From Octopus sinensis (Eukaryota), in assembly GCF_006345805.1 (NCBI RefSeq), contig NC_043002.1, positions 75,330,001 to 75,394,000 of the forward strand: DNA of 64,000 nucleotides. Direction: 5' to 3'. Below, in pieces: positions 54,238-64,000 of the stretch (positions are counted from its first letter, which is position 1; every line of letters begins with the position of its first letter). A program made the translations under genes and the position numbers. The notes under the pieces were generated by a model that ran no database searches, was not told the origin of the DNA, and was given only the letters and a program-made list of their open reading frames with translations.

Positions 54238-57200
54238 TTAAGTTACCTTCATGCTGGTTCTCAGCTTCTCTTGATCAGTCAATAGTTGCCTTTTGTCCTT
54301 TATATGTAATTATTTCACAACCATGCAACAAGCTACTTCTGGCTGGCATTACACAACTCTGCTCCTTTAGTACAATTATCTTTTATTTTTTTAAAAATAA
54401 CCTAATTCTTTAACACTTCTTTCGTCTACTGACTTTGCAATTGTGAGACTCACATTACCAACATCACCTCCAGTGTTTAAAAAGTTATGTAAGGGGCTCA
54501 TTCACCTGCTAGAAATGGCTTGTCTAGATTGTATGTGAATGACACTTTATCGTCCTGCTGAAGAATGGTACCCTCCATCCAGATGTATGTATGTGTGTGT
54601 TTGTTAGAATTAGCAGCATATAGGTCATTAGTGTACAGAAGAAAGAGCTTGGGAGAGGTAACTGAATTCCAAGACTAAACAGGAATAATAGAATCAGGAA
54701 TGGAGAAAGGGCTTTTTCATCATGTGTCAGAAACAGCTGTTTTTCAGAAAGTTAATTCCAAGAAAGAGACCACTTCTGTGTGATTCAGGAGAACAAATGT
54801 TCAGCAAATCTAGCTCTACAAAAACATCAAATTACAATCATGACTGAGAATGCAGAGAGACTTCAGGTGATAAAGGAGAAAAATAGTGTTTACAAAAGAT
54901 TATCTGAAGTCTAGCTCCAGTGCTTGATATCTGAAGCTATACCGTTTGCTAGCATTGACTACATCTACTTGCTTCCTGCACTGTGAGTCATCTTCATCAA
55001 GCCACTGGATATTACTGTATAAATAACTGAGGTCAGACATGTTGAGAATGACCATTATTTCCAGGATGACTTTCACCTGAGTTACTTCTCTTCTTATTGA
55101 TACTTATTGATACTGTGGGATGCTTCTTATGAAATTATTCTTGTATATATTGTATATTTAATATAGAAGTGAAATAGCTGTTTGTATAAAGTATAGTACT
55201 ATGGACCTGCTCTTGACATTTCATTAGATGTCTGACTCCTTAGTTTTTAAACTGGTTAAATCTCTGTCTGTCTGCCTGTTTGTCTGTATCTCTGTCTGTC
55301 TGTCTGTCTGCCTGCCTGCCTGTTTGTCTTTAGCTCTGTCTGTCTCTCTTTCTCCTTTTCCCTCTCTCTCCTTCCCCTCACCCCCTCTCTCATCTCACAC
55401 ATACTCCAAACCATGTCGCTTTGCACTCCAAAAATGCATTTTAAACATTCTCAGCATCTTTTACACGGAGGCCATTTAAACGATACATACCCTCACCACA
55501 TGCCAGGTACCCTTGCAGAAGAGAAAAAAATAAAGAAAAATCATAAATAAATAAATAATAAATAAATAAATAATAAATAAATAAACGGCATGATATGTCC
55601 TGTACATACTTCCTTCCATGTATCATATATGCCAGCAACCCAAGGTACTTATTTTATCTGTGTTAGGTAACAAATAAAAACATCAGATGGCATTGGCTCA
55701 GACTGGTAAACAGTTTTATCTGCTATCACCCCACCCCACACATCTCTCTCTCTGTTTCTCTCTCCCTGCTCGCTCCTCCTCCCTCGTGCGCAAGGGTGTG
55801 TTGTTGGTGGGGGGACAGTCTGCTCATAAACGTTAGTAAGTATACGTTATAATGTTAAAGATGTTAATTGCTTCCAATTTGACTTAAGTCTCATTTAGTG
55901 CTCAGCTTCATCTCGCTGCAGACGATGTGTGTTCGCGGCATCTTGTCGATGATTAAAATAATATCTGATGTGCTTGACATCTGTGTTAGGAATGTAAACA
56001 TCGAAGGCGCAGGCAATTAGCTATGAGATAGATACCCTGCCAGCCTTTCCGCCCCCGACCAACCCCACCCAGCCTGCTTGACTGTAAGCGGAGCAGAGCA
56101 GAGCTGCAAGACAAGCGAGGCATCTATCTTTTCACATTAAAAGAAAAACAGTTCCATCTTTCCCCCCCTCCCCACTCCCCCCCCTCCACTCTAAAAGATG
56201 AAATTAGGATAACTTACTTTACAACTTTCCCACTTTGACAATTCTTATCTATATTTTGTCATTTGCAGTTACTTCCTCCTCATCCTCTACCTTCTTCATT
56301 TTCTTCTTCCTTAACATCTTCTTCTTCCTCCTTTTTTCTTCCTTGCCTCCTCTTCCTTCTCCTCCTTTTACTTCTTCTTTGCCTGTTTCTTTCCTTTCTT
56401 GTTTGCGTTTTTCTACCTCCATTTGTTTTCTTTCTCTTTTTCCATTACATACACATTCCCAAAGAGAGAGCGAGAGTGAGAAAGTGAGACAGACAGTCAA
56501 AAGATCTGTACACATACACACACACACACACACACACATTAATATACATAATTTTAATTTAGCTGTTGTTTTCATTGTTGTTATTTCTCTCAGAAGGAGC
56601 AGTGATTTATCACTACACTTGATATCTTTTCTTATATTTATTTCCATATTTTCTATTTACTTATTTGTTTTAGTTATTTTTTCTTCATTCCCTCCAATAA
56701 ATTATTCTATTTTATATTTATATATATATATTTTTTATATTTCATTAATTTTATTTTTTGCATTGTTTGTTTTTACAGCTTTTTAAAATAGTAATTAGAC
56801 ATTTGAAGCATACATAATTTATTGACTATTAATATAGATATTTGAAACTTGCTTTCATAAGCAGTATAGCAGATCAGAATATTGTATTCGCTTCAATGTA
56901 AAAGAATGCTGAAGGAGAAGTTTTATACTATATTGTTTATAATTTTTTTAAATATTTATTTCTCTCATTTTTTTTTGTTTTGCATTTATTCATTTTTATG
57001 TGTGTGTGTATATATATATGTGTGTGTGTGTGGTTTTTTTTTTATCATTTGCTTAATGTTTTATTTCCCATTTGTTAAGATGCTATGAGAAAATATCATT
57101 CCAATAAAAATGTAAGAAAAAAAAAAAAACCAAAAGATTATTTTTTTCCTTCTTCTTCCACCAAAAGAGATTGAGAAGGAGGTAAAACAACAAAAAAAAC

Positions 57201-57255
57201 CCCACAAAACAATCGAAACAAAAACAAAAGATAAAGCAAACAAAAGGGAATAATG

Positions 57256-57288
<33 letters not shown>

Positions 57289-57674
57289 GATAATAATAAT
57301 AATATAAAAATAATATGAATAACAATTGCTAATAATTGTTAGAAAGCTGCATCTATTATTTCTTGAGAATTCTAATAATTTAAGAATCTTGTCACATGCA
57401 ATAATAGTTTATTTATGGCCATAGATGCTTGTGCATCCATATTTCAAAAAATGGTTAACAGCTATTTAACTCAGCCACATATGTTCGATACACTAGAAGG
57501 ATTTTGACGATAATGATGCGTGCGTATATACGTGTGTGTGTCTCTGTGTGTGTGTGTGTGTGTGGATGGATGGGTGGGTATGTGTTAAATTTTCAATATT
57601 TCAAAAAGCTGTTGACACTTAGCAAGTCTTAATTCATCCAAAACAGATTTCTTTTCATATATTTTTGCCTTGTT

Positions 57675-57724
<50 letters not shown>

Positions 57725-58089
57725 GTTATGCATGTATATGTGTGCATATGTGATATATATGTATATATATGTGTGTGTGTGCGTCTGTGTACATATTTAA
57801 AAGCAACAGTAACAAAAAGCCTTTGTTTTATGATAAATCTAAGTATGATGTTGTGGTTTATTCCATTTGGAGTTTCTTTCTGTAGATAATGGTTGTATCT
57901 ATTGCTGCATGCTCTTTTCATTTCTCTCTCTTTCTCTCTCTCTCTCTTTTGTTTTTCTCTTCTTTTCAACTTTGATAAATTTCTAATGAAACACACATTT
58001 CTGTTAAGCAACTTGTGGCTTTAGCTTTAATCTTTATGTATTTGTTTGTTTTGTTGATCTGAAGTGGAATGGTTTTGCTGATAGGTTTT

Positions 58090-58400
58090 TCTCAAGGAAA
58101 ATGGTGCTGAGTGAAGCGAACACAGTCAAATTAATGCTGGTAATATTCACTTTGGAAAGTCAAAGATTTATATCTGATGAAAATGTGTTCAGGGAAGGTA
58201 AGGGTCAGGAGTAGTTTATAACAAGAGTTGATGGGAATACATGAACAAAGACTGAACTCCAGTTTCAGTATTTGATGTGGAAATACTTCAGTTTAAAGCT
58301 AGTGGAATTTACAAGAGCAGGGATAGAAATTTTAACAATAATTTTTGAGACACACATGGCTAATCATGGAGTTCTGGAGTGATGCAGTATTCTGTTCTAA
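58090..58400 (-). mobile_element. Second, more degraded CR1/Jockey-group LINE 3' end
   Basis: Frameshifted minus translation includes FPEHIF / SDINL*LSKVNITSINLT, similar to the terminus seen at 9700-9960. Confidence 0.35.
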
Positions 58401-58639
58401 CAAAACATCCACATTAAGTTGGAGATAAAAATTGCCTTCTGGTATTAATACTGATTCTGTTTCTGTTAATTATTAAAAAAAAAAATATGTGTTTTTAGCA
58501 TTACCATTCTCACCAACTCTATATAATATGAGGAAGCCATATATGTCTTCTATAGCAAAATACCTATGCTTGTCTCTCTTACTTTAGCATCTCAGTGTAT
58601 AGCATAAAGCCACCTTCATCCTGGAGGAATTATAACTGT

Positions 58640-59170
58640 GTTTTGTGGTCTGCTACCACAACAGCTCCTTTGTAGGATCCAGTTAGCTCAAGACATCATC
58701 AGGATGACGTGGCAGGCCCACCCCTCCTTTCGGAGGTGTCTTCAGCTCTGGTGTTGGGTGCATGTCTTCTTTCTTCTGTTCTCTGGCCTGTTCAATGTAT
58801 CATCAGCGAGTGTCAGCCAGTGACTGACTGACTTGTCAAAGACAGCCCCAGCAAGTTGTCACGTGACACTGTCTCACCTTAACTGACTAGTGAAGGTGCT
58901 TAGTCTTAGCCCGCGCATTCTCTAAATGACTGTCACCTGTCAGTCAGTGAAGCTGATTCAGTGTCAGCTTGTCTCACCTAGTGATGTTATTTCCCCGCCA
59001 GTATGACTTTCAAGCCATTTTTGGTCTTCCCACTTCAGCCATATATAGAAGCTGGCTTTTTCAACCGCCTCCTGTACTCTCCTTATTAGTTTTCGCAGCT
59101 TGGGGCTAGAAAAAACAAATCTTCTTTTGAATAGTGTTGTCATTTTCCTTTCAATGCCAGGTGGTAATAC
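58640..59170 (-). mobile_element. 5'-truncated Hero-like (RLE-type, R2 group) non-LTR retrotransposon: ORF C-terminus plus 3' UTR
   Basis: Minus ORF ends ...SPKLRKLIRRVQEAVEKASFYIWLKWEDQKWLE. This resembles the recalled Hero C-terminal motif (R..I+.+.EAAEKAS.W+WLKR+..W). A GC-richer 3' UTR with ...CATCCTGATGATGTC... follows. Confidence 0.6.
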
Positions 59171-59277
59171 TCTCTCAATTAAACCCCCCAACACATGCAC
59201 ACACACATTCACACTTAATCTAAGGGGCTTTTCCCTTTTCTTGTTCTTTTCTTGTCTTGTAAGTTACTTAGTAAACT

Positions 59278-59470
59278 CACCAGTGTTGGGCATGAAAAAA
59301 AAAATGGCATCCAGTACACAGTAAAATGGTTAGCATTAGGAAGGGCATGAAACCATAGAAAGCATATCAAAACAGACATGGGAGCTCAGTGCAATCCTCT
59401 GGCTGATCAGATCCTGTCAAACCATCTGACCTATACTAGCATGGAAGATAGTTGTTTGATGATGATGATT
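59278..59470 (+). mobile_element. RTE 3'-UTR fragment
   Basis: GCATTAGGAAGGGCATGAAACCATAGAAA...CCTATACTAGCATGGAAG...TTTGATGATGATG. Confidence 0.6.
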
Positions 59471-59983
59471 GACATGTATTTTGGTTTAGAATTTTTTTGT
59501 CCCCGCCTCACCACATGAGCTTTTCTGTGATGTAAGATTTGTTGTAAATCAATTCCTTTTGCTCAACTGTTGAATAAATTGTCAGTCTCTTTTGTCTGTT
59601 CATCTTTGTGCACTACTTTTTTTTTTTACGTAAGCTGTTTATGAAATTCTTTAATATCAAATCCCTGTTACTTTAGTATCTCTAAGTCACATTCTTTGTT
59701 TTAACCCTAACTATTCTCTTGGTTATTCTTTTTGAAAAGAAAGCTTTTCTAAACAGATAGTCGAAGCTGAAGTATTTTTTCTCTTTTCATTTTTCAATTT
59801 TGTTTTGTGTAAGGGTGGGTAAATGCCTCAGCATTTATCTTTTGCTTGTTTCAGTCATTGGACTGCAGCTGGGGCACTGCATTGAAGGGTTTAGGTGAAC
59901 AAATTGACCCTGCTACTTATTTTCAAATCTAACTGCTAAGTTATAGAGGACATAAACAAACCAACACCAATCATCAAGCAATG

Positions 59984-60326
59984 CCTTTAGTCGAGCAAAT
60001 CGGCCCCAGGACTTATTGTTTGTAAGCCTAGTACTTATTCTATCGGTCTCTTTTGCCAAACCGCTAAGTTACAGGGATGTAAACACACCAGCATTGGTTG
60101 TCAAGCGATGTTGGGGGGGGACAAACTCAGACACACAAACATACTCACACACACATATATACGATGGGCTTCTTTCAAGTTTCTGTCTACCAAATCTATT
60201 CACAAGGCTTTGGTCGGCCCGAGGCGATAGTAGAAGACACTTACCGAAGGTGCCACGCAGTGGGACTGAACCCGGAACCATGTGGTTGTTAAGCAAGCTA
60301 CTTACCACACAGCCACTCCTATGCCT
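59984..60326 (-). mobile_element. Young SINE family A, 3'-truncated, nested in an older copy
   Basis: Near-consensus head at 60326 running to ...CTAAAGG at 59984. An older head lies at ~60330-60470 and an older tail at ~59835-59983 in the same orientation. Confidence 0.8.
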
Positions 60327-60639
60327 AAATATGATTGGCTTCCATGCAGTTTCTGTTTACCAAATTTACTGACAAGGCATTGGTCAACCTGGGTCTGTGG
60401 TAAAAGACTCTTGCCAAGCTGTCACACAATGGGACTGAACTGGAAACGACATGGTTGCAAGAGCAAGCTTCAGGGATGCTATCTGTAAGGTGTCCCATTG
60501 ATTAGTATTGAACAGTTCTAGTTTCTTCAACTAGAGTTTCTTTAAATAGATGAAATGCCCTCCCTCCTCTAAATATAATTGGGTTCTGCTGCAGTTGTAA
60601 GGATGGTAACTATTTGCTGCTGTGTTGCTACATATCCAT

Positions 60640-60940
60640 CATTATTATGTAGATCAAAGACATTCCAGCCATGACCATCTCATCTTTAATTCTTCACACA
60701 AGGTGTATCTAAGCTGGATGTTATTCGATAGAAATTTGGCTGCTATTTCTAACAAGTCAAACAATTTCATAAAAGCTCCCTCACTGACTTGTCTGATACC
60801 TGATTTCTGTACTGAGGTGAACTTGAAATGTAGAAGGAATGTCTATGCAGTCACTTGACTTCCCAGAAATAGTAGCCAAATCTCCCCTGAATCATACACT
60901 ACTCTCTTTATAGAAGAAAATATTGGATGATATAATCCTG
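60640..60940. mobile_element. Degenerate foldback/MITE-like repeat with inverted arms
   Basis: AAATTTGGCTGCTATTTCTAACAAGTCAA (~60732) and TTGACTTCCCAGAAATAGTAGCCAAATCT (~60855) are inverted copies. Single arms of the same motif recur near 15890, 21100, 35960 and 54510. Confidence 0.45.
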
Positions 60941-61364
60941 GGTTTACTGTGCATAAGCAAAAAAAAAAAACAAAAAAAACTGGATGGTCATGACAGGAAA
61001 TCATTTAATCATACATCTGCTTGATAAGGGCTACCTTGGAGTTAAACAACATTTTTTAGCGAGCTAAGATATGTCGAATAAATTATCAGTAAAGAATTTG
61101 AACTCATTAACCCAATAACAAAGTAGTCTAACAACCTTCTGTCAATTGTTTCTTTGAACCTGAATCTTCCTATTCTAAGAGTTATTTTATTGAATTCTCT
61201 CTGGAGAGAAGCTAAGTCAATGTTTAACAGGTTTCAACTGAAAATTATTCAGAAATTTACACTGTGGACCTAAATAGAGTGAAACCTTGGCATATTTTGT
61301 TAGTGGTTTTCATAACTTTGTAGTAAATCTTAGTCAATGTGATAAAAGTAATGTCAAGGAAACA

Positions 61365-61801
61365 CGAAGGGATGCTGAAAAGTTTCTGGCTTTGGGTAAA
61401 AGAAAGTACAGGAGGATCAGTTGATTATGCTTCTATTCCCCCTATCAGATTCACACACTTAACCCTTTCGTTACTGTATTTATTTTGAGATGCTCTGTGG
61501 TTTTTCTCAATTAATTTAGATATAACAAAGAATTTAGTAAAATAACTTTGTTATCATTAAGCTAGTATCAGAGACCATTAATTGTGACTAAGGTTTGGTG
61601 GAAGATTTTAATTCAAAATTTATGAAAACAAGACATTTGTACAACAGAGCCAGAGCTGGTTTCAGCCGGGTTGGTAACAAAAGGGTTAATGCTGTGGCCC
61701 TTCAGTTTTCCTAAGCCCTGTAAAAGAACTTGGAAGGTTGAGCCTTCAACCAAGCCTTTCGTGATACCCTTAAAGCCAGGAACTTTTTCAGCAGCCCCTC
61801 A
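61365..61801. mobile_element. Tc1/mariner-type MITE interrupted by a piggyBac-type MITE
   Basis: ~29-bp TIRs: CGAAGGGATGCTGAAAAGTTTCTGGCTTT and AAAGCCAGGAACTTTTTCAGCAGCCCCTCA. The right end is followed by TA (61802-61803). Same family as 39846-40398. Confidence 0.8.
61463..61685. mobile_element. piggyBac-type MITE with TTAA target-site duplication
   Basis: TTAA at 61459-61462 and 61686-61689. TIRs CCCTTTCGTTAC / GTAACAAAAGGG (1 mismatch in 12). Confidence 0.85.
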
Positions 61802-64000
61802 TATTTTATCATCATCATCATCGTTGTCATCATTGTCATCGCCGTTATTGTTACTGTTCATCATCATCGTTATCATTGTCACTATTCATCATCATCATTG
61901 TTGTCATCTTCATTTTCATCATTGTCATCATCATCACAGAAGTTAACTTTAGTTTCCAGTGCTGAGTTCAAATGCCACTGATGTCAGCTTTGCATCCTTC
62001 AAGAGGTCAGAGTGTATGTGTGTGTGCATGTGTGTGTGTAGAGGGGGCAATCAAAATAAAGTATCAATCAAATGTTAGGGCTGATTTAATCAACCAACAC
62101 CTTCCTCCTAACAACTTTCAGGCCTCCTGCTTATTTGAGAAACAATTCTTAATATTATTATTGTCAACATCAACTTTGCCTTTCATCCTCCTGGGGTCAA
62201 TTAAACACACTGCAATCAAATACTGAGAATTGATGTAATCAACTAACACTTCCCTCAATATTTCTGTCTTGTGCCTATGTAAGAAATTGCTATTATTATT
62301 ATTATTTCTTTTTCCAACTTTCCTTTCTCCTTTCTTTCTTAAATGAAGTAATTTCCGGCTGCAATGTCTATTTGATTTGTAAAATAACTTCAGGTTGTTT
62401 GCGGAATAATTTATTAGCGATGCCACCACCATATCCATGACGGTGGTGTCTGAGCATTCTTTCAAAGATGAATTCATTGAAGTTTTTCAAAATATGCCAA
62501 CAAACTCCCCCTCACTCGCTCCATCTCCTTCCCTCCCCTGTTCAGCATAAATAATCATCTCTGTGTAGTTCTTTATTAGCCATTCCTGTTGCCTTCAGAA
62601 GATAAGAGAAAATTGTTATTGCTAAATTGTTGATTTGGTAAACATTGTTATCTCTCATTCCCTTAAGTCTTTGGAAATTTATAAACAGCAAATATTAAAA
62701 CAAAAAATTAGAGGAGGTTAAGCCAAGGCAAAAAATAAAAATAAAATTGAAAAATGAATAAAAAGAAGAAAAATGTAAAAAAAATATTTTTTTTTTAAAT
62801 GTAAATGTAAAAAGATAGGGAAAAAAAATCGGTAATAAAGTGATTCTTTTGATTAACTAATTTTATCTATTATCGATTTAAGAAAAGAAAATTGCCTCTT
62901 AGCACTCTAACCTATATCTTATCTTCATTTTAAAGTCCATCGCAGATTTATTATGGTTTTTAACAACTCATGTGTTTATTTTATTCTTTAATTCAGGTAT
63001 TTATCTTGGCAACTTTCTCTCTTTTCTTTTTCACATTTTCTTTCTCTTTTTTTTTTTTTTACCTTATATCTTGTTTTGATTGTAATGAAATTCTGAATTT
63101 GAAGTCTCATTGTAAAATTAACAAATCATTTAATAGTAATGACAATCTTTATATATTTCTTTTTTTGTAGTGATGGCATGGGGGTGGTCAGCCACACACA
63201 CACACACACACACACACAGAATCTCACTAAAGTTTGATTTTTTTTTTACTGTTAATGTTTTACCTGCTCTCATCACTGTTGATAGTTGTTTTAAAAAAAT
63301 CCTGTTCAAATACCAATAATAATGATAATCAAATAATAACAATAATGATAATAATGATGATCTCTTTCCTCGGTTTTTTGGTTTTTCCTGTGATACTTTG
63401 ATGTGTAAATTTGGACACAAGACTTGGATTTCTTACAGAATTAAATCACCAAAAATGAAATGGAATAAAAATAAAATAAATGACTCTGGGCTGTGGAATT
63501 AGTCATTCAGCTTTCCAAGAATCAATAAAACTAACTATGGTACCATTAAAGAGACAAGCTAGGGATTAGAAAATTGCAAATCTAGCCTCAGGTAGGAGAG
63601 TAGTTAATGAAAATCCCATCCTCCACCAACCGGTTAGTGTACATCTCAATGTACTTTACTCTTTTTATTAAAATATTTTCATATATTTATTTGTTAATCT
63701 AAGGAGGATACAATGATGCCAAGGAAGAGTTGTAGTCGGCATTCATAACACCATTATATTCACTTCCCTTTTATTTCTTGCTTGTACTTTATATTATAAA
63801 GTGTCCAAGAGTTTTGTTGTACATCAACAATCCTGTCATTGACACAGTTCCATTGCTTTTTCATTGCACTGCTTTGGTTGCAATGGTATCAGTGATCAGT
63901 TTGTAGCTGTAGGACACGTTTTTGACATTTCATCAACATTTTATGTCAACTTTCCCTGCTAACATGGATTGAACTTGTTGACATAATCCAATTCAGTTCT

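Noticed and set aside
54730-54745. GAAACAGCTGT motif
   Set aside because: No CTGATGA box or stem I/II partner nearby.
62390-62550. Fragments LLAMP / TVVSEHSF reminiscent of the hAT dimerisation motif; the opposite strand gives RHGYGGGIANKLFRK
   Set aside because: The similarity is too short, needs a frameshift, and there are no TIRs or further transposase motifs.
63720-64000. Possible degraded transposase-like frame on the minus strand
   Set aside because: Many stops, no identifiable motif, and it is cut by the window edge.

Overview
AT-rich, repeat-saturated eukaryotic DNA that most resembles an octopus (coleoid cephalopod) genome; this taxon call rests on recalled SINE/LINE/MITE motifs, not a database search. 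I found no intact, recognisable host protein-coding gene. Nearly all ORFs in the supplied track are translations of (TA)n, (TG)n, (CT)n or (ACT/ACC)n microsatellites, so the window is probably a large intron or intergenic DNA. It contains many copies of a tRNA-headed SINE with an internal microsatellite, a second tRNA-headed SINE family, many 3' ends of an RTE LINE plus a degraded RTE ORF piece, remnants of Hero-like and CR1/Jockey-like LINEs, mariner-type and piggyBac-type MITEs with nested insertions, a 244-bp near-perfect palindrome and a 2.5-kb cryptic (TA)n array. The most notable signals are structured RNAs: a minimal Penelope-type hammerhead ribozyme (48638-48676, minus), a hammerhead-like core with an unusually long stem II inside an inverted repeat (24438-24531), and a decayed retrozyme-like hammerhead (41371-41422). 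Repeat boundaries are approximate unless a TSD or TIR defines them.
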